A stretch of 64,000 nt of DNA from Chthoniobacteraceae bacterium (lineage in GTDB: Bacteria; Verrucomicrobiota; Verrucomicrobiia; Chthoniobacterales; Chthoniobacteraceae). Both the position numbers and the translations under genes were made by a program. This document shows positions 10,331-19,603 of this stretch, piece after piece. Each line of letters begins with the position of its first letter. The stretch's first letter is position 1. The stretch is from assembly GCA_037190965.1 (NCBI GenBank), contig JBBCKI010000031.1:1-64000 (forward strand), in the 5' to 3' direction. Under the pieces are notes generated by a model. That model had not been told where the DNA came from, searched no databases, and worked only from the letters and a program-made list of their open reading frames with translations.

Positions 10331-11176
10331 ATGATGGGGGGGTGGAAACGTGGATGGCTCCGGCTGAGGGATTTTGTTGGGCGCTTTATCGGGCGCGGAA
10401 CGGCTTGCGCTTGTCCGACCCGGTCTCATGCGGCGTGCGTCGGGTTGATCGTGGTGGCGGGATGCTTTACGCTGATCATCGCGCCGGATGATCCGTCCGA
10501 GCCCATTTCCCTGCCTGAGGACCGTCCCACCATCGTCATCGATGCCGGACACGGCGGCAACGATGACGGGGCGAAAAGCAAAGGCGTCATTGAAAAAGTG
10601 GTGACCCTCGACCTCGCCGAACGGCTGGAAACGGCCCTGCGAAGGCGCGGTTTCCCGACTGTGCAGACCCGGATCGATGACCGTTATGTCGCCCTTGAGG
10701 AGCGGGTGGCCACGGCCAACCGGCAGGAGGGAGCGACACTCTTCGTCAGCCTCCATTTCAACCAGGCCGGGGGCAAAGGCATCAACGGGATCGAAACATT
10801 TTACGCCACCAACAAGAAGCTGCGGCCCATTCAACCGAAGGGGTGGAAGTGGATCGGCTTTTTCAACCCTCCCGAATCGCCCGACTGCGGCGAATACCTG
10901 GCCGCCGATGTCCAGAGCGCAGTCGTCGCGAAGACCGGGGCGCGCAATCGGGGGATTCGCGCCCGCAATCTCTACGTCATCCGGCGCACTCGCGGCCCGG
11001 CGATCCTGATTGAAGGCGGCTTCATGAGCAACACCATGGAAGGGTATCTCCTCGGGAGCCCCGATTACATGAACCGACTTGCGGAGGGAATCACCGATGG
11101 CATCGAGGCATGGTGGCGGATGCAACCCCGCAAGCTTTCTCTGCCGCTCGCGGAGGGCGCGAAACCGGCAAATTGA
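10331..11176 (+). CDS. N-acetylmuramoyl-L-alanine amidase (Amidase_3)
   Basis: IVIDAGHGG, EK, FVSLHFN, AILIEGGFMSN; N-terminal TM segment. Confidence 0.88.
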   Translation: MMGGWKRGWLRLRDFVGRFIGRGTACACPTRSHAACVGLIVVAGCFTLIIAPDDPSEPISLPEDRPTIVIDAGHGGNDDGAKSKGVIEKVVTLDLAERLETALRRRGFPTVQTRIDDRYVALEERVATANRQEGATLFVSLHFNQAGGKGINGIETFYATNKKLRPIQPKGWKWIGFFNPPESPDCGEYLAADVQSAVVAKTGARNRGIRARNLYVIRRTRGPAILIEGGFMSNTMEGYLLGSPDYMNRLAEGITDGIEAWWRMQPRKLSLPLAEGAKPAN

Positions 11177-11287
11177 CATCAGCCTAAAAACAGGCAGCAA
11201 ATGGCGTCAGATCGCCCCGATCCATTGCCGTTTTCAGGCTCAGTGGCGGACCGACCATCCCTGTGCTATGGGTGACTCAGATCTTTT

Positions 11288-12076
11288 ATGAGAAAATTGC
11301 TCTTCGCTCCTGTCATCGCGGTGATTTCCCTGACAACATCCCCCCTTTGGGCCGCCGACGCCAAAGTCCGTTCGGCCCAGGAAGCGCTGACGGCTCTCGG
11401 TTTTTACATCGGCGCGGCCGACGGGGAACTGAACCCCGAGACCAAAGGAGCGCTCCGGCGCTTCCAGATTTATAAAGGGTTGAGCGCATCAGGCACCCTC
11501 GACGCCGCAACTCAAACCGCACTCGAGGAGGGAAATGACGCCTCCGCCTCCGCTCCGGAACCGGCCCGGCCACCGGGCCCGACGCAATCCGTGCAGGAGA
11601 GCGATCAGGAATTTCTCGAAAGGGAAAAACCGGTTGCACCACCGGTTGCCCCTCCAGCCCCGGCTCCAGAGCGCAGCCTCTCGGCAGAAGACGCGACGAT
11701 TTTCAAGGAATGGTATCGCGACACGCCTTACCAAAATGCCCCGCCCGTTGTGCAACGGGAGACATTGCAAAAAGCCCAAATGCTCCTGAAGCAACGCCGG
11801 CTCTATGATGGCGAGGGCTCCGCCGACGGTCTGCCCGGGCCGGAGACGGAGGAAGCTCTTTTCCGCTATCAGTCCTCGCGGGGCCTGCGCCTCACGGGCC
11901 GCCTTGACTTCGATACGTTGGCCTCACTGCGCCTTCTTCCCGGCAGGGGCCCGGTCTCCCCGGGTTCGCCATCCAATCCAGGGCCGAGACCCACCAAAAA
12001 GCAGCATGAGGAACGCCCGGACGCCCCTGCGATCCCCCGTGGTCCGGGAGCCGTGCGAGGCATCCCGCTTGACTAG
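11288..12076 (+). CDS. Secreted protein with two peptidoglycan-binding domains
   Basis: Signal peptide; two QxxL..G.Y.G.ADG..GPET..AL.R[FY]Q...GL...G.LD repeats. Confidence 0.8.
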   Translation: MRKLLFAPVIAVISLTTSPLWAADAKVRSAQEALTALGFYIGAADGELNPETKGALRRFQIYKGLSASGTLDAATQTALEEGNDASASAPEPARPPGPTQSVQESDQEFLEREKPVAPPVAPPAPAPERSLSAEDATIFKEWYRDTPYQNAPPVVQRETLQKAQMLLKQRRLYDGEGSADGLPGPETEEALFRYQSSRGLRLTGRLDFDTLASLRLLPGRGPVSPGSPSNPGPRPTKKQHEERPDAPAIPRGPGAVRGIPLD

Positions 12077-12142
12077 TCACAACAAAAGTCAAGCTCTTTG
12101 CTTGCGCACGGTGGCAAGGTTTGCTTTGCTCTCCCCTCTTCT

Positions 12143-13291
12143 ATGTCCACCGTTTCATCGCCCTGGTCCCGCAAAAACCCGTTTCCCGCGCCTCTGCTGG
12201 TCAACCGCAAGCTGACCGGGGCGGCCTCCGAAAAAGACACTCGCCACTACGAGATCTCCCTCGCGGGGTCCGGCCTCTCTTACGAAGTCGGCGATTCGCT
12301 GGGCATTTTCCCCTCCAACCCTCCCGAACTCGTGGAGGAAATCATCACCGCCCTTCACGCCACGGGCGATGAATCCGTTCCGGGAGCCGACGGCAATCCG
12401 AAGCCGCTGCGCGAAGCGCTCCTCAAGGACTACGCCATCAAGGAAGTTTCCAAACAATTCCTCGCCGCCCTGGTGGAAAAGGCGGGCGACGCCGCTCCGC
12501 TCATCCGCGAATTGCAGGATCCCGAGCGCAAGGGCGACCTGGAGGAATACCTCTGGGGGATGGAATATATCGACTTTCTGCTCGATCACCCCTCGGTCAG
12601 CTTCGCTCCCGAGGAATTCGTCAAGCTGCTCCGCAAGCTGATCCCGCGCCTCTACTCCATCGCCTCGAGCATCAAGGCGAATCCCGAGCAGGTGCACCTC
12701 ACCGTGGCCACCGTCCGTTATGAGAGCCATGGCCGCCAGCGCAAGGGCGTTGCCTCGACTTATCTCGCCGAACGCATCGAGGAAGGCGGCACGATTCCCG
12801 TTTTCTTCCATGTGGCCAAAGGGTTCCGCCTGCCGGAAGACGGCTCAACGCCGATCATCATGGTTGGACCGGGCACCGGAGTGGCGCCGTTCCGTGCCTA
12901 TCTTCAGGACCGCAAGGCCACCGGCGCGACCGGCAAGAACTGGCTCTTCTTTGGTGAACAGCGTGAGAAGGAAGACTTCCTCTATCGCGAAGAGTTCGAA
13001 GCGCTGGTGCAGGAAGGGGTTCTCACCCGTTTCAGCACCGCCTTTTCCCGCGATCAGGAAAAGAAAGTCTACGTGCAGCACCGCATGCTGGAGAACGGCG
13101 CGGAGATCTGGGCATGGCTGAGCGAAGGCGCACATTTCTTCGTCTGCGGCGACGCCGCCCGCATGGCCAAAGACGTGGATGCCGCCCTGCACCAGATCGT
13201 CGAGACCCACGGCTGCAAAACCGCCGCGGAAGCCGCCGAGTACATCGAGGGGCTTAAGAAAGAGAAGCGTTACAAGCGCGACGTTTATTAA
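12143..13291 (+). CDS. Sulfite reductase flavoprotein-like FAD/NADPH oxidoreductase (no flavodoxin domain)
   Basis: PRLYSIASS, GVAS, MVGPGTGVAPFR, FSRDQ, CGDA and C-terminal RYKRDVY. Confidence 0.85.
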   Translation: MSTVSSPWSRKNPFPAPLLVNRKLTGAASEKDTRHYEISLAGSGLSYEVGDSLGIFPSNPPELVEEIITALHATGDESVPGADGNPKPLREALLKDYAIKEVSKQFLAALVEKAGDAAPLIRELQDPERKGDLEEYLWGMEYIDFLLDHPSVSFAPEEFVKLLRKLIPRLYSIASSIKANPEQVHLTVATVRYESHGRQRKGVASTYLAERIEEGGTIPVFFHVAKGFRLPEDGSTPIIMVGPGTGVAPFRAYLQDRKATGATGKNWLFFGEQREKEDFLYREEFEALVQEGVLTRFSTAFSRDQEKKVYVQHRMLENGAEIWAWLSEGAHFFVCGDAARMAKDVDAALHQIVETHGCKTAAEAAEYIEGLKKEKRYKRDVY

Positions 13292-13351
13292 GGGCGGAGA
13301 GAAGCGCGCTGCGTCGGTAGCGCGCCTCCTCGTGGGACGGAAAAGAAACAT

Positions 13352-13511
13352 GGTGCTGCCGCACCGGTAGAACGCTCGCGCCGCCGAGCGCGGGGTTCGG
13401 CCCTCGTGGCTTCACGAGGGATTCATCCCAACACCAACAGCCCGTCCTGCGGGGATTGACGCCAAACGCGGATCTTCACCGATCCCGCGCTCTCGGCGAG
13501 AGCGGTCTACC
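13352..13511. repeat. REPIN-like family A copy, reverse orientation
   Basis: GGTGCTGCCGCACC-GGTAGAACGCTCGCGCCGCCGAGCGCGGGG ... CCCGCGCTCTCGGCGAGAGCGGTCTACC. Confidence 0.8.
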
Positions 13512-13610
13512 ATTTCCAGCGGCGTGGCGGGAACTTGCGCATGGCTGCCGCGTTCAACCTGAATTCCGAAGTTGCTCGCGGCGATCCAACATCGGAATTC
13601 AGGTTCAATT

Positions 13611-14789
13611 TCAGCTTTCGGCTTTAATCAAACGCCCCAGAATCCCGATTGCCTGTTCCAGTTCAGCCTCGCTGGCCTTGGCGCAATTGATTCGCATGAA
13701 ATTCTGCGATCCGTCCGCAGGCATCGCGGCGAAGAATACCTGGCCCGAGGCGAAGACGACTCCCTGCGCGCGCGCTTTGTCGCGAAGACCCGCCATGTCA
13801 ACCTCCGGCGGCAACTCCGCCCAAAGCATGTAACCGCCCTTGGGAGAATCCACCCGTGTCCCGGCCGGAAAGTGACGACCGATGGCATCAAGGACCAGTT
13901 CCCGCCGGCCCTGATTGCGTTTTCTCAACCAGTCGAGGTGTGGATCGAGCGATCCACGGGCGATGAAATTCCGCAGGATCACCTCGGTCACGACCGCGCT
14001 GTGCAAGTCCTGCTGGCACTTCTTCGAGGCGAAAGCGTCATGCAGGGCAGTCCCCGGCACGGCATAGCCCACGCGCAGCCCCGGCGCGACGGTCTTTGAA
14101 AAACTGCTGACCAGCGAAACGGTCGAACCGTCATCATAAGCCAGGCACGGCTTGGGCGCGCCGCCGTCCACCAGTTCGGCGTAGAGATCGTCCTCGATGA
14201 GGCGAACGCCCGTCTCGCGGCATAGCTCCACAAGCCGCTCCCGTTCCTTCTGCGGGAGCGTGGTTCCCGAGGGATTCGAGAGCGACGTGCAGACCACGAA
14301 ACACTTCGGTTTCCAGCGGGTCAGCAACTCCTCGGCGGCATCGAGATCGATCCCGTCGGCCCCGACGACAGGGATCGGCAACACCCGCGCCTGCGCCTCG
14401 GCGATCAATTCCAGCAAGCCGTAATAGGCGGGCGCTTCGCACGCCACGATGTCACCCGGCTTCACCAGCACCGTCAGCATTCCCTGCAGCGCCTGCGTGC
14501 AACCGGTCACCGTCACCAGTTCGTCGCCCTTGAGCGAGGGAACCCCGCGCGCCCGCAACCGCTCCGCGAGTTGCTCGCGCAAGACGCGATCTCCCTCGGG
14601 GTGATGATAGGCAAACATCGCGGCTCCATCCGACGCGAAAGCCGCCTCGGAGGCCTCATGCAGCGCCTCCAGCGGCAGCGCTTCGAGCCCCGGTACCCCA
14701 GCGGCGAGGTTAATGAGGCCTGGCTGGTCGGCCTGTCGCATGAAATCGATCAATCGGGCGGGGGCTTTGAATGAAAACGGCGCTTGCAT
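13611..14789 (-). CDS. PLP-dependent aminotransferase (MocR/Aro8-like, no HTH)
   Basis: INLAAGVP, NPSG, IEDDLY, SFSKTVAPGLRVGY. Start placed at MQAPFSF. Confidence 0.88.
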   Translation of the reverse strand: MQAPFSFKAPARLIDFMRQADQPGLINLAAGVPGLEALPLEALHEASEAAFASDGAAMFAYHHPEGDRVLREQLAERLRARGVPSLKGDELVTVTGCTQALQGMLTVLVKPGDIVACEAPAYYGLLELIAEAQARVLPIPVVGADGIDLDAAEELLTRWKPKCFVVCTSLSNPSGTTLPQKERERLVELCRETGVRLIEDDLYAELVDGGAPKPCLAYDDGSTVSLVSSFSKTVAPGLRVGYAVPGTALHDAFASKKCQQDLHSAVVTEVILRNFIARGSLDPHLDWLRKRNQGRRELVLDAIGRHFPAGTRVDSPKGGYMLWAELPPEVDMAGLRDKARAQGVVFASGQVFFAAMPADGSQNFMRINCAKASEAELEQAIGILGRLIKAES

Positions 14790-14874
14790 CCTCTTCAGGT
14801 AACCCGCTTCTGCATGAATGAAAACAGACTTTTCTCGTAGCGCGAATCCTCCCCAATCCGTTACCGTGCCGCGC

Positions 14875-15762
14875 ATGCAACTTCTCGACTGTGATCTTCC
14901 CGGAATTCGCAAAGTGCGCAGCGGCAAGGTCCGTGAAATTTTCGACCTTGGCGACAGCCTGCTTTTCGTGGCGACAGACCGGATCTCCGCGTTCGATTGC
15001 ATCCTCCCCAACGCCATCCCCCACAAAGGCGAAGTCCTTTCGCAGCTCTCCACCTTCTGGTTCCGCCGGTTCGATTTCGTACGCAACCATGTCATCACGA
15101 CCGAGTTCGACGAATTTCCCGCCGTGCTCCAGCCGTTCCGCGAACAGCTCGCCGGGCGCTCCATGATCGTCAAAAAAGCGCAGCCACTCCCCGTGGAGTG
15201 CGTAGCGCGCGGTTATCTGGCCGGGTCGGGCTGGAAGGAATACCAGGAGAGCGGCACGATTTGCGGACAGGCACTCCCGCCAGGGCTGCGACAGGCCGAA
15301 CGACTTCCCGAGACCCTCTTTACCCCCTCCACCAAGGCCGAGAGCGGGCATGACATGAACATCCCGTGGGAGGAATGCGTCAAGCTCGTGGGCGAACGCG
15401 TCGCGCAGACCATCCGCGACTACACGATCCGCCTCTACGAAGCTGGCCGCGCCTATGCCGCCGAGCGCGGCATCATCGTCGCCGACACGAAGTTTGAATT
15501 CGGCCTGCTCGACGGCGAGGTCATCCTCATCGACGAATGCCTGACGCCCGATTCCTCCCGCTTCTGGCCCGCCATCGGCTACGCCGTCGGCAACAGCCCC
15601 CCCAGCTTCGACAAGCAGTTCGTCCGCGATTACCTCGAAACACTCGATTGGGATAAAACCCCGCCCGCGCCCGAACTGCCCGAAGAGATCGTCAGCCGCA
15701 CGAGCGAGAAATACCAGGAAGCCTTCGAACGGCTCACGGGCGCCCCGCTGCGGAGCTTCTAA
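14875..15762 (+). CDS. purC: SAICAR synthase
   Basis: SGKVREIF, TDRISAFD, ECVARGYLAGSGW, ADTKFEFG, TPDSSRFW. Confidence 0.95.
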   Translation: MQLLDCDLPGIRKVRSGKVREIFDLGDSLLFVATDRISAFDCILPNAIPHKGEVLSQLSTFWFRRFDFVRNHVITTEFDEFPAVLQPFREQLAGRSMIVKKAQPLPVECVARGYLAGSGWKEYQESGTICGQALPPGLRQAERLPETLFTPSTKAESGHDMNIPWEECVKLVGERVAQTIRDYTIRLYEAGRAYAAERGIIVADTKFEFGLLDGEVILIDECLTPDSSRFWPAIGYAVGNSPPSFDKQFVRDYLETLDWDKTPPAPELPEEIVSRTSEKYQEAFERLTGAPLRSF

Positions 15763-15797
15763 ACTAAAAAAAGCGAAAGCCTTTGCGGGGAGGGAAC

Positions 15798-17045
15798 TCA
15801 CTCTCCCCGCAGGTAACTTTGCCAGATTTTCGCGACCGTCTCGTCCGGCAGCCAGGTGGCAAAACGCTTCTTCCCCTTGAACTGGGTCGCGGCGGCCACT
15901 TCCAGTGATTCCGTGTCTCCCAGCCAGCCGGCCTGCCGACTGAGTTTCTTGGGTTTCCCCTTCTCCTTGTCGAATGGCCCGCTTTCCGGCAGCCTCAAAC
16001 GCACTGCCGCAGAGAGGAAGGCAGCAGACAACTCCTGCGTCTTCCCGACCCCATGGCCTTCCTTGGGATGAAGCGCCATCGTCCATAAGGCGTTTTGAGC
16101 GAGTCCTTTTTCGTAATTCTCGGTCGCCCCTTTCACCCAGTCGGGCTTGTCCTGCCCGCCCACCAGCACGAGAAGCGGCACCGCTTCCTTGCCCGGAGCC
16201 ATGCGCCCCGGGCCGCCCGGCGAACGCGTCAATACGGCACCCACTACCCGCTCGGGATGATTCGCCGAGTAATTGTGCGAGACGTTCCCTCCCGCGGAAT
16301 GCCCCCAGAAGCACAGCGGCGGATTCTTGAGATCGACCTTGTTGTCCTCCAGCACCGCGTTGACTGCCTTGTTGATGAGGTTGGAAATCGCCCCATCGGG
16401 ATCGTGCTGGTAGGTGTACGGCTCGTCGGCGGGGTTTTTGAGAAAACACCCCAGCAAACCGAATTTGTTAGCGGTGGCCCACGCCTGCCATTCGCGGTTG
16501 CGGGCCATGCCCCGCCCGTCGCCGCCGCGCCCCGGCACCAATACCAGGACCCCACGCACCTTCACCTCCGAAGGCGCCCACCAGACGAACTTGGCTAATT
16601 CCAACCCAACGCTTTTAGGCAGCGTTCCCGCGTCCCACTCAGAAGTGATCCCCTCGCCGGGAGGCTTCGCAACAGTCGCAGGCGCTGTTGTAGGCAGGGG
16701 CACTTCCACATTGGAAGCCGGAGCCGCCTCGGAAGGCAACGAGTCGGGAGATGGATGGGGAGCCGCCAGTTCGTCGGCCAGTTTTAGCGGCCATTGCGGG
16801 TCGGCGAAAAAGGAGGGATCGCTTTTGCGACGTTCATTGTAAGCCTCCAGGAACCGCTTGTTAAACGCCGAGTCTTTGTTTCCCAGCTCCGGATACTTCC
16901 GAACCGCCTGGACCTGGGATTCCTGAACCGTCATTTGAGCCCCGGCGATGAGCGGCATGCATATCAACGCGGCAAAAAGGCCGACACGCAATCGACCGCA
17001 AAAGGCCGAGGTCGATGCAACAAGAGAGAGCAGCCGTGCGATCAC
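15798..17045 (-). CDS. Secreted alpha/beta-hydrolase-fold protein
   Basis: Signal-like N-terminus, GHSAGG nucleophile elbow, GGQD and EGH candidates for the catalytic Asp and His. Start uncertain. Confidence 0.7.
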   Translation of the reverse strand: MIARLLSLVASTSAFCGRLRVGLFAALICMPLIAGAQMTVQESQVQAVRKYPELGNKDSAFNKRFLEAYNERRKSDPSFFADPQWPLKLADELAAPHPSPDSLPSEAAPASNVEVPLPTTAPATVAKPPGEGITSEWDAGTLPKSVGLELAKFVWWAPSEVKVRGVLVLVPGRGGDGRGMARNREWQAWATANKFGLLGCFLKNPADEPYTYQHDPDGAISNLINKAVNAVLEDNKVDLKNPPLCFWGHSAGGNVSHNYSANHPERVVGAVLTRSPGGPGRMAPGKEAVPLLVLVGGQDKPDWVKGATENYEKGLAQNALWTMALHPKEGHGVGKTQELSAAFLSAAVRLRLPESGPFDKEKGKPKKLSRQAGWLGDTESLEVAAATQFKGKKRFATWLPDETVAKIWQSYLRGE

Positions 17046-17088
17046 GGTCGCTTTGTCTCTCTTTTGTCCGCCGACGACAAGCCTGAAA

Positions 17089-17550
17089 CTACTTCGCCCA
17101 GGGGCCGAAGTACGGGAGCACTTCCCCGGGCGGGGTCTTGACGAGATCGGCGTGGATGTCGCGCACTATCCGTTCGACCAAAGCGGGCTCGACTCCTTCG
17201 AGGATGGCGTCATGGATCTCCGCGTTGGCGGCGAAGTACCACTGCTCCGTCCGCTCACGCTCAAGAATTATCCCGATTTCCTTGGCCACCAGCCGCGTCA
17301 GGCGACGTTCGTTTTCCGCGAGCGTCGGAAGCGCCTCGTAAGTGGATTGCTGAGTCGTCAAAGGCGGCCCGGAGCCTTTCGCCATCGGAAAACGCCCCGA
17401 CTGGTCAGTGACCTTTTCCGAGAAACGCCCATGCGCCTCGGTGAAATTCATGTCTTCCACCAGTTCCAGCTTCGGCCCCCGGGTTGGGGTTTCAACCACC
17501 CGATAAGCCTTCAGCCGCCCCAGATTCGCGAGAATGATGATCGTGTCCAT
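17089..17550 (-). CDS. Host-attachment-family (baeRF12/AtsE-like) protein
   Basis: IIILANLGRLKAY ... TDQSGRF ... DLVK pattern typical of the family. Confidence 0.7.
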   Translation of the reverse strand: MDTIIILANLGRLKAYRVVETPTRGPKLELVEDMNFTEAHGRFSEKVTDQSGRFPMAKGSGPPLTTQQSTYEALPTLAENERRLTRLVAKEIGIILERERTEQWYFAANAEIHDAILEGVEPALVERIVRDIHADLVKTPPGEVLPYFGPWAK

Positions 17551-17598
17551 CCGACAAGAAAGGTTCGGGGACCGGCCCTTTCCTGCGTCCTTCCGCCC

Positions 17599-18336
17599 CT
17601 ACCGCTCCCTGCCGAAAAGCGAACCCCAGCTCCATTCGCCTTCCTGCTTCTGTTGCTGGACCTTCAGCCGTCCCAGAAGCGATTGCAGCGTCAGAAACAC
17701 GCGATGCCACTGGCTTTCGACGGAGGCGATGCTGTTTTCGTGATCGGCAAGATACCGGATCGAAGGCGCGCCGTTGATGAGCGCCATGACTTCATCCTTG
17801 CGCGGCCCTCCCTGCTCGACCGCCGCGAGGATCACCTCCAGCCCCTGCGTGATCAGGCTCTTGATTTCAAGAAACTGCGCCTCTTCCTCCTGCGAGAAGT
17901 TCTTCTGACGGGCAAGGTTCACGTAATGATTAAACTGCTTCCAGCACTCGATGTATGTTTCGAGATAGAGAATGAAATCGTCGAGAGTCGGGTTGCTCAT
18001 GGCGGGTAAGGAGATGGCGGTTCTGGCGGTGCTGGAACTGAGGCCGCCCGGGTTCAGAAAAACGAGGGCGCCCCCGCGCAGTTCGATCGCCAGAATCTTG
18101 ATTTCGCGGTAGTGCGTCTCCAGCGTCGTCAGCGGGGCGTGGATCTTTCGCGCGGCGGCAAAGGCGTGCAGGGCGGTTTTTCCAATCTGCTCGACCGCCT
18201 CCCGCGACACCGAGCCCGGCAAGGTGCTGGCGACGATCATCCCCGCACGATTCACCACGACGGCACCGGAAGGCGGTCCGCCGATCCCGGGGACCGGCGC
18301 TCCACCCGATTTGGAAAAAAGATTCAAGAGACCCAT
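17599..18336 (-). CDS. Hypothetical protein with roadblock-like N-terminus and helical C-terminal domain
   Basis: GAVVVNRAGMIVASTLP resembles a roadblock beta-hairpin; possible internal start MSNPTLDD at 18000. Confidence 0.65.
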   Translation of the reverse strand: MGLLNLFSKSGGAPVPGIGGPPSGAVVVNRAGMIVASTLPGSVSREAVEQIGKTALHAFAAARKIHAPLTTLETHYREIKILAIELRGGALVFLNPGGLSSSTARTAISLPAMSNPTLDDFILYLETYIECWKQFNHYVNLARQKNFSQEEEAQFLEIKSLITQGLEVILAAVEQGGPRKDEVMALINGAPSIRYLADHENSIASVESQWHRVFLTLQSLLGRLKVQQQKQEGEWSWGSLFGRER

Positions 18337-19394
18337 TGCGTCAGCACTTTATGGAATGCGCTCCGGACTTGCTCGGGCTCCAGAGCGGGATCAAACCCGG
18401 CCACCAACGTTTTACGCCCTCCAGTCTCCCGGGAGGCTACGGCAAGATGCCGTTGAGGGCCATACCCCGCAATTTGCAACGGGCCCGTGACCCCGAGCGT
18501 TGATCCCAGCGCGCGGTATTCCTGAAGCATCCGCTGTGCCCAGCCTGCCACGCCCTCGGGATCCTGACAGGCCCACTGTTCCGGGCGGCCGGACCCCTCC
18601 TGAACGAGGAGAAATTCCAGCCCCTTGTCCCGATCAATCGCGGCGAGCTTGGGAGGCGGTTCGGCCGCCTGTGCCTGGGCTTCTGCCGCCATCGCTTTGG
18701 CCTCGTCGATGGCCTGGGCGGTATCCAAAAGGAGACCTTGGGTGGAGGTGAAAATCGTCCGGGTGCGCGCAGAGTCGGGCGCAAGCAGGTCGAAACTGCC
18801 CACTTTCCAGGAAAGAATCTCCTTGAAGGCCTTCTCCGCCTTCGAGGTCGCCGTCGCCGCGTCAATGATCTCGCCGTTCCTGAACCAGATGTAGCCTACG
18901 GAACGTTCGCTGGTGATTTTCACCACGGCGGAACTCTGCGTCAGGCATTCGAGCTGGATAATATCGACCAGCGCCTTGTGCTCCACCACCCCCCGGAAGC
19001 CGGTCTGGCGCGCGTCGCGCTCCAGAAGCGACTCGACGCATTCCAGGAAGAGCTGCCGCTCCCGTTGTGACTTCGGTTTCTCAATAAAGAGATCGATCCC
19101 GATCTCGTAGGCGCGCGAACGCGTCTGGTCGTCGCTCAGACCGGTCATCACCACGATCCGCAATAACGGAAGACGCTTGCGGACGATGGAGAGCACCTGA
19201 AAGCCGTCCATCTGGGGCATTCGCAGGTCGGTGAGCAGCACCGCAAAAGGCTCGCTCTCCAGAAGCGAAAGCGCCCGGGAGCCAGAATTGACCGTCAGGA
19301 TATCCGGCTGGCTCGGCAGGGCTGAAAACATCTGCCGGCACACGTCCAGAAAGTCCTGGTCGTCGTCGAGAATCAAGATTTTGGGTCGCGACAT
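18324..19394 (-). CDS. Response regulator with DUF4388 (PATAN-like) domain
   Basis: ILILDDD, TDLRMPQMDG receiver; GFRG...LVDIIQLEC...GYIWFRNGEIIDA...AFKEILSW..GSF. Confidence 0.88.
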   Translation of the reverse strand: MSRPKILILDDDQDFLDVCRQMFSALPSQPDILTVNSGSRALSLLESEPFAVLLTDLRMPQMDGFQVLSIVRKRLPLLRIVVMTGLSDDQTRSRAYEIGIDLFIEKPKSQRERQLFLECVESLLERDARQTGFRGVVEHKALVDIIQLECLTQSSAVVKITSERSVGYIWFRNGEIIDAATATSKAEKAFKEILSWKVGSFDLLAPDSARTRTIFTSTQGLLLDTAQAIDEAKAMAAEAQAQAAEPPPKLAAIDRDKGLEFLLVQEGSGRPEQWACQDPEGVAGWAQRMLQEYRALGSTLGVTGPLQIAGYGPQRHLAVASRETGGRKTLVAGFDPALEPEQVRSAFHKVLTQWVS

Positions 19395-19603
19395 CCTCTA
19401 ATTTTTGCCCGTGTTTCCGCCGGATTCAACTTAAATACCTTATCTATATTGATAGTAAAAATTCTCGAATTCGCTATATTTTCCGTGAAGGGAAAGGGAA
19501 AGGAGACGGGTCGGCAACAAATTATAGCCCAGCAGCGGCCCCTCGCGATTTCTCGCAATCCCCTGTGGCTTGAAAGCTGCATCGGGCTATATGTAAGCCA
19601 ACG

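Noticed and set aside
13611..15173. N-terminal extensions of the aminotransferase, GldG (to 30957), DUF2892 (from 5215) and PagL (to 59600) ORFs
   Set aside because: They overlap neighbouring real genes; downstream starts fit the family N-termini better.
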